NCBI GenBank assembly: GCA_963833985.1
Contig: CAWIAD010000002.1
Coordinates: forward strand, 4,640,001-4,704,000
Length of the DNA: 64,000 nucleotides
From: an uncultured Planctomycetaceae bacterium
Lineage (GTDB): Bacteria; Planctomycetota; Planctomycetia; Isosphaerales; Isosphaeraceae
Reading direction: 5' to 3'
This document shows positions 22,895 through 33,383 of this stretch, one piece after another. Both the position numbers and the translations under genes were made by a program. The notes under the pieces were generated by a model, which made no database searches, was not told where the DNA came from, and worked only from the letters and a program-made list of their open reading frames with translations. Each line of letters begins with the position of its first letter. Position 1 is the stretch's first letter.

Positions 22895-23686
22895 ATGCTT
22901 GGCACGGCCGCGACGCAGTATGACCTGCGTTTTCGCTTCCTGGACATTCCGGTCCGGATTCATCCTTTTTTCTGGCTCATGTCGGGAATCCTGGGGTTCC
23001 AGAATGAGCAGCTCATGTCCGTGGCGATCTGGATTGGCTGCGTGCTTCTCTCCATTCTGGTCCATGAATATGGCCATGCCATGATGGCCAAGCGTTTCCA
23101 CTATGCTCCGTCGATCACGCTTTATGGTCTGGGGGGGCTGTGTAGTTACGAGGGGGACCGGACGCCCCGGGAACGGCTCGCCGTGCTCATTGCCGGCCCT
23201 GGCGCGGGGTTTATCCTGTGCGGGATCGTTTTCCTGGTCGCTTCCGCGGTGCTGGGGGTCACGGGCAAGGAACACCTGGCCGTCGCCGAAAGGATTCTCG
23301 GGCTCCCCGCGAATCAATTTGACGTCTTCGGCGTGCAGCAGAGGTTTCCGTCCATCGTTCCGCTGATGGTTTATTATGACCTGGTGCAAATCAACCTGCT
23401 CTGGGGGCTTGTCAATCTGCTGCCGATCTACCCGCTCGACGGCGGTCAGATCACCCAGGTCTTGCTCTCGCAGCTTGACCGGCGGCACGGGGTGCGCCGT
23501 TCGCACATCGTCTCGCTGGTCACCGCCGGGGTACTGGCGGTGGTGGCTGCAAGTATCAGCCGCCACGACTATTACCCCATCATTTTCTTTGGCGTGCTGG
23601 CTTTCCTGAATTACCAGGTTCTCCAATCGATTCATCAGGCCGCGGCCTTCGGCGTTTACCACGACGACGATTGGTGGCGCGGTTGA
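22895..23686 (+). CDS. Site-2 protease (M50)
   Basis: HEYGH, AGPGAG, NLLPIYPLDGG; TM helices. Confidence 0.92.
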   Translation: MLGTAATQYDLRFRFLDIPVRIHPFFWLMSGILGFQNEQLMSVAIWIGCVLLSILVHEYGHAMMAKRFHYAPSITLYGLGGLCSYEGDRTPRERLAVLIAGPGAGFILCGIVFLVASAVLGVTGKEHLAVAERILGLPANQFDVFGVQQRFPSIVPLMVYYDLVQINLLWGLVNLLPIYPLDGGQITQVLLSQLDRRHGVRRSHIVSLVTAGVLAVVAASISRHDYYPIIFFGVLAFLNYQVLQSIHQAAAFGVYHDDDWWRG

Positions 23687-23780
23687 CCGCCGTCTGCCAT
23701 CGCAAGCTCTCGCTTCAAGAAGCGGCTGACCGTTTCGAGCGGCCGCGACGGATTTCTCTGCTCCTCGGCGCCACGTTATT

Positions 23781-23808
23781 TTGACTTGCGGGCTCCAGAG
23801 CCTATGTT
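23781..23808 (+). promoter_or_regulatory. Putative sigma70 promoter of lon
   Basis: TTGACT-16 nt-TATGTT. Confidence 0.45.
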
Positions 23809-23964
23809 ATTGGTGTCTGAACGTTTATGTCGGAATGCCGGTCTCTGTCGGGTGCCCCCTTCCTTTTGACCCGGCAATCATCAACAATTCGTTGGGAAGT
23901 CTGGGGCGGAGTAGCAGTCAGGACGCCCCGGAAGTTCCGTGCTTCAGACCGTCAATAATAATCC

Positions 23965-26546
23965 ATGCGATCAAGCAAAAAAAGAACTTCTGCCGTTCGT
24001 TCGCAGCGCGGATCCAAGGCGTCTTCCGGCGCAAAGGCGCCTCTCCGTCCGCGGGGGCAGCCCACGCCCTGGCCGTCAAGAATTCCAGAGAGCCCTCGTC
24101 AGAACACCCCAATCGATTGCCCCTGCTGGCGTTGCGCTCGGATGTCGTGTTCCCTCAAACGGTCGTGCCGCTGGTGATCAACCGGCCCAGCGGGATCCGT
24201 CTGGTAGACGATATCCTGGTGGCCGAGCGGCTCGTCGGACTGGCGAGCCAGTTGCATCCCGAGGTGGACGAGCCGGGCATGACGGACCTCTACCCGGCCA
24301 TCTGCGTGGGCACCGTGCTCAAGATGCTCAAGTTCCCGGACGGCTCCACGCGCATTGTTTGCCAGGGCCAGACGCGGGCGCGGCTGATCAGGGTGGTCCA
24401 GACCCAGCCTTACCTCGTCGGCGAGGTTGAGCCGCTGGAGGAAGAGCTGGAAGAGGGTGTCGAGCTGGACGCGCTGGTCCATCATGTGAACCGGCTGTTC
24501 CAGCGGATGATCGATCAGAGCCAGCAGATTCCGGAAGAGCTGCAAGTGGCCGCCATGAACACCCGCGAGCCGGGACGGCTGGCCGACCTGCTGGCCTCGA
24601 GCTTGCCGTTCTCGATCGAGGAGCGCCAGACGCTGCTGGGCGAGGTCAACGTGCGCAGCCGGCTGGAACGCCTGGGGCAGTACCTGGCGCGCCAGCTCGC
24701 CATCCTGGAGCTCTCCACCAAGATCCAGGAGCAGGTCGGGTCCGAACTTTCGAAGGCCCAGCGCGACCACTTCTTGCGACAGCAGATCAAGGCCATCCAG
24801 GAAGAGCTCGGCGAGGGCGAGCCCGAGAATCCCGAGCTCGCGGAACTCTGGGAACGGATCAAGACGGCCGGTCCGCCGCAGGATGTGCTGCACGAGGCCG
24901 AGCGCGAGCTGGAAAGGCTCGCCGGCATGCACCCGAGCTCGGCCGAGTACTCGATCGTCCGCACCTACCTCGACTGGCTGGCCGTGCTTCCCTGGTCCAA
25001 GGCGAGCCGCGACCGGCTCGATCTGCGGCGCGCACGCAAGGTGCTCGATCACGATCACTACGATCTCGAGAAGATCAAGGAACGCATCCTCGAGTATCTC
25101 GCCGTGCGCAAGCTCAAGAAGGATATGAAGGGTCCCATCCTCTGCTTCGCCGGCCCGCCCGGCACGGGCAAGACCTCACTGGGCAAGAGCATCGCCAAGG
25201 CGCTGGGGCGGGAGTTCGTGCGCGTCAGCCTCGGCGGCGTCCACGACGAGGCCGAGATCCGCGGCCATCGCCGTACGTACGTGGCCGCCATGCCCGGCCG
25301 CATCGTCCAGGGCATCCGCAAGGCGGCCACCAACAACCCGGTCTTCATGCTCGACGAGGTGGACAAGCTGGGTGCGGATTTCCGCGGCGATCCTTCCTCC
25401 GCGCTGCTGGAAGTGCTCGACCCCGAGCAGAACTCCACCTTCCGCGACCATTACCTGGACGTCGATTTCGACCTCTCCAAGGTGATGTTCATCGCCACGG
25501 CCAATATGCTCGAGACCATTCCCTCGCCGCTGCTGGACCGGATGGAGGTGCTTCAGCTCCCCGGCTACAGCGAGGAGGAGAAGACGCTGATCGCCCAGAA
25601 GTACATCATCCCCAAGCAGCTTGAGGCTCATGGGCTCGTCAGCGGCGACGTCGAGATCACCGAGCTTGCCCTCAAGAAGATCATTGCTGACTACACCCGG
25701 GAAGCAGGCCTGCGCAACCTGGAGCGGGAGATCGCCGGCATCTGCCGCAAGGTGGCGCGCCGCCGCGCCGAGGGCAAACGCACCGCGGTCAGCGTGGGGC
25801 CGAACCAGCTTGCCGACCTGCTGGGGCCGTCACGCTTCTTCCGGGAGCTCGTCGATCGTACGGGAATTCCCGGTGTCGCCACCGGTCTGGCGTGGACGCC
25901 CGCCGGCGGCGAGATCCTCTTCATTGAGGCGACCGGCATGCCGGGCAAGGGACAGCTCACGCTCACCGGGCTGCTGGGCGAGTCCATGCGGGAAAGCGCC
26001 CAGGCCGCCATGAGCTACCTCAAGAGCCACGCCAAACCGCTGGAGCTCGACGCCTCGCGGTTCCACAAGACCGACGTGCATATTCACGTCCCGGCCGGGG
26101 CCATTCCCAAGGACGGTCCATCCGCGGGCGTGGCCATCGCCGCGGCGCTCATCAGCCTGTTCCGAAACGTGCCCATCCAGACCGAGCTGGCCATGACCGG
26201 CGAGGTGACGCTCACCGGCCGCGTCCTGCCGGTCGGCGGCGTGCGCGAGAAGATCCTCGCCGCCCGCCGCGCCGGCATCAAGACGCTGCTCATTCCCCGG
26301 CATAACGAGAAGGACCTGGTCGAGCTGCCGCAGGAGGTCAAGACCGACCTCACCTTCCGCCTCGTCGACACGCTCGACGACGTGGTCCCCAGGCTGTTCG
26401 AGGTGCGGACGGCGCGGTCGCGGCGCAAGCCAGACCCGGTCAAGTCCAAGGCCTCGGCACTGCGGACGGTCAAGCCCCCCAAGATCGCGACTCCCCCAGC
26501 CGTGGAGAACGAGCTGCCGGCGACCAAGCTGCCGCGCCGACCGTGA
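23965..26546 (+). CDS. lon: ATP-dependent Lon protease; start uncertain, probable frameshift ~24035
   Basis: LPLLALRSDVVFP, GPPGTGKTS, LDEVDK, PKDGPSAG, GGVREK. Confidence 0.96.
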
Positions 26547-26598
26547 ACCGCCTCAGACCCGCCAGACCGTAGCACCCGCGAACGCCTCCGGAGCTGCC

Positions 26599-28113
26599 GT
26601 GGCCCATCGGACGCCGCCGACCCGTTCTCCGAGTGAGCCCTTCCGTGTCGTCCTCAACGCGGTCTCGAAGCGGTTCTCCGGCATCACGGCCCTGGAGCCG
26701 CGTCTGCCTCGAGTTCGAGGGAGGTGAAATCCATGCGCTCTGCGGGGAAAACGGCGCCGGGAAGAGCACCCTCATCCAGATACTGGGCGGCATCCTGCGT
26801 CCGGATTCCGGCCACATCGAGCTGGGCGGCAGCTCTGTCCGCTTCCGCGACCCCGCGGCCGCACAGGCCGCCGGCATCGGCATCATCCACCAGGAGCTGA
26901 ACCTGGTCGGCCCCTTCACGGTGGCCGAGAACCTGGCCCTCGGAGATGAACCGAGGATCGGTCCGTGGATCAACCGGCGGGCGCTGCGCAGCCGCGCAGC
27001 GCCTGCTGGACGAGCTCCAGTTCGACCTCGACCCGCGTACGCGGGTGGCCGAGCTCACCCTCGGCCAGATGCAGCAGGTCGAGATCGCACGGGCGCTGGG
27101 CCGGCAGGTCCGCGTCCTGGTTCTCGATGAGCCGACGGCGGCCCTTTCACGCGCGGAGACCGAGCAGCTCTTTCGTATTCTCCGGTCGCTGCGCAGCACG
27201 TGGACTGGCCGTCCTTTACGTGTCTCACCATCTGGAGGAGGTCTTCGAGCTGGCCGATCGGATCAGCGTGCTACGCGACGGCCGAGGCGTGGGGACCTGG
27301 CCGAGAGCCGGGCTGACTCTTCCCGAGCTTGTGGCCGCCATGGTGGGCCAGGCCGTGGACACGCGCGGCCGCCCGCCGCGCCGGCTCACCGCGCCGGCTC
27401 CTCTCCAGGCCAGAGCGGTCCGTGGCCGCATTCTGCAAGGCGTGGACCTGGCGGTGCGGCGCGGGGAGATCGTCGCTCTCACCGGTCTTGCCGGTGCGGG
27501 CCACGAGGAGCTTGCCGCCTTGCTGTTCGGCGCCGCGCCCTTGCGTTCCGGCCAGGTCTCCTGGCATGACCGCCCGTATCGCCCGCGGCATCCCGCCGAC
27601 GCCCGCCGGGCGGGCATCGCCTACGTGCCGCCCGACCGCCGCGGACAGGGGCTGATCCCTCCCCTGGGCATCACGGAGAACCTGACGCTGGCCGGCCTGC
27701 ATGAGCTGGCTCTTGCCGGCTGGATCAACCAGCCTGCTCGCCGGCGCCGCGCCGAGACCTGGTGCCGCCGGCTCGAAATCGATGCCGCCCGGCTCTCTCA
27801 GCGCGTGACGACGCTCTCCGGCGGCAACCAGCAGAAAGTCCTCCTGGCGCGGTGGGCCGCGCTGGAACCGGAGCTGTTCCTCCTCAACGAGCCGACCCGG
27901 GGGATCGACGTCAAGACCCGTGAGGCCATCCACCGCTGGATCGAGCAGCTTGCCGATGCCGGAAGCTGTGTGCTGGTCGTCTCCTCGGACGTCCAGGAAC
28001 TGATCCGGCTGGCCGACCGCTGCCTGATCTTTCGCGGTGGGCGGATCTGCTGCGAGCTCGAGCCTCCGGCGCTGAATGAGCACTCGGTGATCGCGGCGAT
28101 GACAGGCCATTGA
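26599..28113 (+). CDS. RbsA-like sugar ABC ATP-binding protein (about three frameshifts)
   Basis: [37 protein letters not shown] spread over three overlapping ORFs. Confidence 0.88.
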
Positions 28114-28127
28114 GGGCAGAGAGCGAC

Positions 28128-29075
28128 ATGAACCCGGAACGATGGCGGCTGGTGAATCGTCTGCCGCAGGTGGTGCTGCTCATCCTGGCCCTCTTCCTCA
28201 TGGCGCGCACCGAGCGGTTCTTCACGCCTGGCACACTCACGAGCATTCTGACGCAGGCGAGCATCGTGGGTGTGCTGGCGCTCGGGCAGGCATTCGTGCT
28301 TCTGGGAGGCGGATTCGATCTCTCGCAAGGCGCCGCAATGGCCCTGATTGCGGCGCTCACCGCCGAACTGGCCCGGCGCGGGTTCAGCCCGCTGGCCGCC
28401 GGAGCGGCCGCGCTGGCCATCGGCGGGTTCCTCGGTTCCATCAACGGCGTGATGATTGCGCTGGTGCGGACGAACCCGTTCGTCACGACCCTGAGCACGC
28501 TGCTGGTGTTCCGTGGCGCGGCCTTCATCGTCCTGGGCGGCCAGCCGGCGGCCAACATCCGGGTGTTCCACGCCATCGACTCGGGTTTCACGCTCGGGCC
28601 CGCCTACGTGCCGTGGCGCGGCATCGTCTTTCTGGCCCTGACCGTGCTTTCCTGGCTTGTCTTGCGGCAAACGGTCTTCGGCCAGCACATCTACGCGCTT
28701 GGCGGCAATGCCGAGGCCGCCCGGCTGGCGGGCGTTCGAACCGTGCGATTGCGCGTGCAGACCTTCATGATCAGCGGCCTGGCCGCCGGCGTGGCCACGG
28801 TCCTCTTCCTCTCGTGGCTGCGCGTGGCCAAGCCAGACACCGCCACCAGCTACGAGCTGGATGCAATCTCCGCCTGCGTCGTCGGCGGAGTTTCCTTGCA
28901 AGGCGGCCGCGGCAGCGTCCTGGGTGCGGCCGCCGGCTGCCTGCTGCTTCAGGCCCTGCGCACCCAGATCACCATGAGCGGCTTTCCCGAAGAGTACCGC
29001 ACGCTGGTGACCGGCGCCGTCATCCTCATCTTCGCCGCCGCCGACGCACTGGCCAGGCGGCAGGAACGGGCCTGA
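28128..29075 (+). CDS. RbsC-like sugar ABC permease
   Basis: GGFDLSQG, FGQHIYALGGNAEAARLAGV, YELDAISACVVGGVSL. Confidence 0.9.
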   Translation: MNPERWRLVNRLPQVVLLILALFLMARTERFFTPGTLTSILTQASIVGVLALGQAFVLLGGGFDLSQGAAMALIAALTAELARRGFSPLAAGAAALAIGGFLGSINGVMIALVRTNPFVTTLSTLLVFRGAAFIVLGGQPAANIRVFHAIDSGFTLGPAYVPWRGIVFLALTVLSWLVLRQTVFGQHIYALGGNAEAARLAGVRTVRLRVQTFMISGLAAGVATVLFLSWLRVAKPDTATSYELDAISACVVGGVSLQGGRGSVLGAAAGCLLLQALRTQITMSGFPEEYRTLVTGAVILIFAAADALARRQERA

Positions 29076-29267
29076 GCCACGGGCGGCCGAGGAAAAGCTC
29101 CACGTGCCCGCGGCCGATGAACCCACGTATGCCATTTGCATTTCTGAGACTTGACCCTGGCGGCCCGCTGGACTTGCTCTGGTCAGAACCACCATTTTGA
29201 TCTAGTCTCCGGCCGCGTGTGCCACCGGGTCTGGTCAAGCTCAGGCGGGAGAGACGTCGAGGCCGGC

Positions 29268-29933
29268 ATGAAGATCCAGAATCCGTTCCTGGTCAGCGCG
29301 GTGGGGCGCACCGGGGCCTGGGTGGTCCGGGGCGTGGGCCGCACGATCGACTATCACTTCCGCTATCAGGACGCCGCGGTCAATCCGGAAGTGGTGCGCA
29401 GGTCGGGCCAGCGGTTCATTTACGCCTTCTTCCACGAGGTGATGCTCTTCCCGGCGCACTACTGGGCCTGGCCGTCCATGCACATCCTGATCAGCGACCA
29501 TCGCGACGGCGAGCTCATCACCCAGGTGATCCGGCGGCTCGGTTTCGGCGTCGTGCGGGGGTCCACAACGCGAGGCGGTGTGCGCGCCCTGCGCGAGATG
29601 ACGTCGCGCATCGAGACCGGAAATCTCTGCGTCACGCCGGACGGCCCGCGCGGCCCGCGCAGGCACGTCCACCAGGGCCTTGTCTACCTGGCCAGCCGCA
29701 CGGGATTACCCATCGTGGGAGCCGGCATGGCCTTCAAGCACTGCTCGCGCGCGACAAGTTGGGACCGCTTCGCCGTACCTCACCCGCATACGCCGGCCGC
29801 CTGCGTGGCTCCGCCCGCCGTGACCGTCCCGCCGGACGCCGACCGCGAGACGCTGGAGGAATGCCGGCTCCTCGTCGAGCGGCGCATGCAAGCGGCCATG
29901 GAAGAGGCCGAGGCCTGGGTGCGGGAATTGTAA
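29268..29933 (+). CDS. DUF374 / lysophospholipid acyltransferase family protein
   Basis: LISDHRDGE, RGSTTRGG, TPDGPRGP, SWDRF. Confidence 0.88.
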   Translation: MKIQNPFLVSAVGRTGAWVVRGVGRTIDYHFRYQDAAVNPEVVRRSGQRFIYAFFHEVMLFPAHYWAWPSMHILISDHRDGELITQVIRRLGFGVVRGSTTRGGVRALREMTSRIETGNLCVTPDGPRGPRRHVHQGLVYLASRTGLPIVGAGMAFKHCSRATSWDRFAVPHPHTPAACVAPPAVTVPPDADRETLEECRLLVERRMQAAMEEAEAWVREL

Positions 29934-30031
29934 GCAAGACATCACCTCCCGCTCGACCAATCCGCTCACCCCTTCGCGGGTCCCGAGCTCCAGGAAGCAG
30001 GTTCCCGCCTTCTGAGCGTGCACGCTTTCGT

Positions 30032-32704
30032 TCAGCCGGCGGCCGAGCAGCGTGCGAGAGCCTCGGCATCTCCCGGCCGCTCGGCGAGGACCATGCCCCA
30101 GAGGCGCTGAGCTTCATCGCAGTCGCCGCGCTCTTCAGCCAGCACGGCCAGGTTGCGCAGCGTCAGATGGCCGTAGATGCCCTGGTCGACGCTGCAAAAC
30201 TGCTCCGGACGCTTCAGCGTCAGGATGCGCCGCCAGCAGGCTTCGGCCTCGGCGGGCTGGGCCGCCTTGCGATGGAGGATCGCCTTGCGGAAGTGCAGCT
30301 CGGCGTCGTCGGGGTCCAGCCGTAACCCCGCGGCGCAGTCGCTCAGGGCCGAGGGGGTGTCCTCCAGCATCTGGTGGCAGCGGGCGAGCAGGGCGTAGAG
30401 CTTGCGCACGATCGAGGCCGTGGGGTCCGACCTGCGCAGGCTCTGCTGGAGGTATCCGATCGCCGTCGGCCAGTCGCGCCGCTCCACGGCGATCGCGCCC
30501 AGGTTGAAGAGCACGAACGGGTCGTCGGGCCGCTCGGCCAGCTCGGCTTCGAGAATCTTGCCATCGCGCTGAAGCTTCCGCTCCCGCAGCTCCGGATCGG
30601 TGTATCCCGTGTGCCGCACCGTGATGTCGGTCCACTTCACCGGCACGTTCGCATGCCGCAGGGCCGGCAAGATCTGCTCATGCACCGCATACGTCCAGCG
30701 CACGTCCTCGCGCACCGGAAACAGCCGGATATGGTCCACCACCGTCTGCCCGCTATCTCCATGCGGTCCCGGATCGCACGAGCACCGCACCACGTACGCC
30801 GCCTGCTCCACATCGCCCGCCCGGCTGCGGTGGCACGGTGTCGTGGGTCGAGCGTCCTCGCGAGGCCCACCAACCTGCACCGCATCGCCCGCCCGGTAGG
30901 GTGGGTCGAGCGTCCTCGCGAGGCCCACCGGAACACCTCTGTCGTCAACGTTGTGAACCGGCAATTCCTCCAGCAACTTCCGCAACTTCTCCCGCTCCGG
31001 CGGGTCCACCACATCGTCGGCATCGAGCCAGAAGGCATAATCGCCGGTCGCCCGCGCCAGGGCGGCGTTGCGGGCCGCGGCGAAGTCATTGACCCAGACA
31101 AAATCAAAGACCCGTGCCCCGAACTCGCGGGCGATCTCGCGCGTGCGGTCGGTCGAGCCGGTGTCCACCACCACGATCTCGTCGAAGACCCCCGCCACGG
31201 AGGCCAGGCAGTTCGGCAGGTTGCCCTCCTCGTTCCGCACGATCATCGTCAGCGAAACCCTGGCCCGGCGCGTCGGTGTCGAAGCGTGCCCGGCGCCATT
31301 GGCCTGCGGTTGCCCGGTTTGTTCTTGCGGCTCTCGACCGGTCCACGGTAACAGGCTCACGCTCCGGCGTCCGCCGACGTCGGTACCCCACTTCTCCGCG
31401 AACCTGCGGCCGTTCTCCTCCAGCAACCGCGCTGCATCGATACCGTTGCCCTGCAACGTCCGGCTGCCGAAGTGGTGGACGAACAGGTCGTGCGTCACGG
31501 CCAGGGAAAACCCGGCCCTTCGTGCGCGCTCAGCCAGGTCATCGTCGTCGAACAGTCCCAGCCCGAACCGTTCGTCGAGCCCGCCGATCGTTTCATAAAC
31601 CGCCCGTTTCATGAGCAAGCAAAACCCCGAAAGCTTCCCCGCCGTGAACCACTGCCCGCGCCGCTCCTCGCGCCATCGCCGCGCAAACGCGTGCATCTCC
31701 TCGAGGCTCGCATACGGCACATTCTCGACGAGTTGTGGCGGCGAGGCATAATTCGACATCGGACCGACCAGGCCAATCCTTCCCCCTTCTTCCCCCTTCG
31801 TGTTCTTGGTGTTCTTCGTGGTTCCAACTCCGTCCATTTCCGCCATTTCGTAGGGTGGGTCAGCGGCGTACCCGTCGCGCAACCCACCGTGATTCGGTCG
31901 GCACTCGGGATTGCTCTTCGTGTGTTTCGTGGTTCCTTCCCAATCCTTCTCCGTGGTGCGATCGGTGAAGTGGGCAGTTGTTCTCGTTTCCTCCGTGATC
32001 TCTGTGTGCTCTGTGGTTCGATCGGTGGAGTGGGCGCCGGGCGGTAGGCCGTGAAAAGTTGTTTTCGTGTGTTTCGTGGTTCCCTCCCCATCCTTCTCCG
32101 TGCTTCGATCTTCCCCCTTCGTGTTCTTGGTGTTCTTCGTGGTTCCAACTCCGTCCATTTCCGCCATTTCGTAGGGTGGGTCAGCGGCGTACCCGTCGCG
32201 CAACCCACCGTGATTCGGTCGGCACTCGGGATTGCTCTTCGTGTGTTTCGTGGTTCCTTCCCAATCCTTCTCCGTGGTGCGATCGGTGAAGTGGGCAGCG
32301 GTTCTCGTTTCCTCCGTGATCTCTGTGTGCTCTGTGGTTTGTTGATCTTCTGATTTTATTTCCGCCAGTGCGATGAGCTGATCGAGCCAGCCGTCAGTGA
32401 CCACGGCATCGTTGTTCAGCAGCACGAGATAATCTCCTCGCGCCGCCTTCAGCCCCTGGTTGACGGCCGCGGGGAAGCCGATGTTGTGCTCGTTGCGAAT
32501 GATGGCCACGGGCATCGGCGCGACGTCCTGCACGCCGGCCAGGTAGCTCGCCGTGCCGTCGGACGAACCGTTGTCGACGACGATCAGCTCCCACGGCCGC
32601 CTGGTGTGCCGCACCAGCGCCCGCAGGCAGTGCCGCGTGAACCCAACTTCATTGAAGCAAGGCACGACGATCGATGTGCTGGCCGCCATGAGACCCTCCA
32701 CCAT
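30032..32704 (-). CDS. Tandem GT2-GT2-TPR glycosyltransferase with two in-frame repeat-derived insertions
   Basis: Domain 1: SIVVPCFN, VVDNGSSD, LLNND, LFDDDDL; domain 2: SLTMIVRNEE, VDTGSTD, FAAARN, WLDADD, VHEQ, HTGY; C-terminal TPRs. Confidence 0.9.
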   Translation of the reverse strand: MVEGLMAASTSIVVPCFNEVGFTRHCLRALVRHTRRPWELIVVDNGSSDGTASYLAGVQDVAPMPVAIIRNEHNIGFPAAVNQGLKAARGDYLVLLNNDAVVTDGWLDQLIALAEIKSEDQQTTEHTEITEETRTAAHFTDRTTEKDWEGTTKHTKSNPECRPNHGGLRDGYAADPPYEMAEMDGVGTTKNTKNTKGEDRSTEKDGEGTTKHTKTTFHGLPPGAHSTDRTTEHTEITEETRTTAHFTDRTTEKDWEGTTKHTKSNPECRPNHGGLRDGYAADPPYEMAEMDGVGTTKNTKNTKGEEGGRIGLVGPMSNYASPPQLVENVPYASLEEMHAFARRWREERRGQWFTAGKLSGFCLLMKRAVYETIGGLDERFGLGLFDDDDLAERARRAGFSLAVTHDLFVHHFGSRTLQGNGIDAARLLEENGRRFAEKWGTDVGGRRSVSLLPWTGREPQEQTGQPQANGAGHASTPTRRARVSLTMIVRNEEGNLPNCLASVAGVFDEIVVVDTGSTDRTREIAREFGARVFDFVWVNDFAAARNAALARATGDYAFWLDADDVVDPPEREKLRKLLEELPVHNVDDRGVPVGLARTLDPPYRAGDAVQVGGPREDARPTTPCHRSRAGDVEQAAYVVRCSCDPGPHGDSGQTVVDHIRLFPVREDVRWTYAVHEQILPALRHANVPVKWTDITVRHTGYTDPELRERKLQRDGKILEAELAERPDDPFVLFNLGAIAVERRDWPTAIGYLQQSLRRSDPTASIVRKLYALLARCHQMLEDTPSALSDCAAGLRLDPDDAELHFRKAILHRKAAQPAEAEACWRRILTLKRPEQFCSVDQGIYGHLTLRNLAVLAEERGDCDEAQRLWGMVLAERPGDAEALARCSAAG
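30843..30929 (+). repeat. Two tandem REP-like palindromes inside the GT2 coding sequence
   Basis: GTGGGTCGAGCGTCCTCGCGAGGCCCACC at 30843-30871 and 30901-30929; the second has the GTAGG head from 30896; same family as 21756-21788. Confidence 0.8.
31789..32339. repeat. About 230-bp direct duplication (offset 321 nt); each copy has a REP and 9-nt-period repeats
   Basis: 31789-32018 and 32110-32339 differ at about 2 nt; REP GTAGGGTGGGTCAGCGGCGTACCCGTCGCGCAACCCACC at 31850-31888 and 32171-32209; encodes TTEHTEITE, TTKHTK, TTKNTKNTK. Confidence 0.92.
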
Positions 32705-32769
32705 GTACCGCCCGTTGCCTGCTGCTCACGATTCCCTGCCCACCGCCCGCTGTCGTCCGCCCACGGTCG

Positions 32770-33066
32770 CTACAGCCCCGCCTCGCGGCACAGGTACATG
32801 ACCCTGGGCACGCCCCAGGAAATCACCGGCCTCAACTTGCCGGTCTCCGGGTCAGGCACCACGACCAGGAACCGTGCGGCACGGTCGTGAAACTCGGTGA
32901 CCTGGCCGGTCTCACTGGTGATGCGGAAGACGCGCCTTGCCTCGTCGTGCTCCCAGGTCACGTCCGGCGGAGTGGGGGCATCGACGGAAAGCAACTGCCC
33001 CTCCGGGTCGTAATGAAAGGTGGCGAGAAAGGAGTCTGGTTCATGATCCTTGCCCGTATCGCTCAT
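32770..33066 (-). CDS. Small (98 aa) protein with one or two YD-like repeats
   Basis: ATG at 33066 after GGAG; FHYDPEGQLLSV and WEHDEARRVFRITSETGQVTEF resemble YD units; GC-rich codon usage. Confidence 0.6.
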   Translation of the reverse strand: MSDTGKDHEPDSFLATFHYDPEGQLLSVDAPTPPDVTWEHDEARRVFRITSETGQVTEFHDRAARFLVVVPDPETGKLRPVISWGVPRVMYLCREAGL

Positions 33067-33383
33067 GGGTGCGCTCCAGAAAGTCGTGTGAGAATCGCAA
33101 GGCATGGTACACGAGGCTGCGGCGCTCTGGGGCGTCAATCGTCGTCGGTTTGCAGCGTTATCAGTAACACATCCAATTCTCTTGCTCTTTGCGGGAGGGC
33201 GTGCCGCATTGCAGGGATCTTTGCGTAATAGCTTGATGGATCATTTTCACAGCGCGAAATTGCATGTCTTGGCCATGTCGCCTGGTATCATCCTTGGCTT
33301 CCCCGGCGATTGGAACTACACGTTAACCCAAGCGACAAAAGAAGACGATCAAGTTGTTTCTGGGCGCATCCCAACCTCACGAA

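Noticed and set aside
23781..23964. N-terminal extension of Lon given by the ORF track (921 aa)
   Set aside because: The TTG start coincides with a -35 box and the translation is not protein-like; ATG 23965 plus a frameshift is more plausible
31780..32365. Intein or CRISPR array as the explanation for the GT2 insertion
   Set aside because: No Cys/Ser start, no His-Asn end and no splicing motifs; repeats are irregular with duplicated rather than unique spacers; no cas genes
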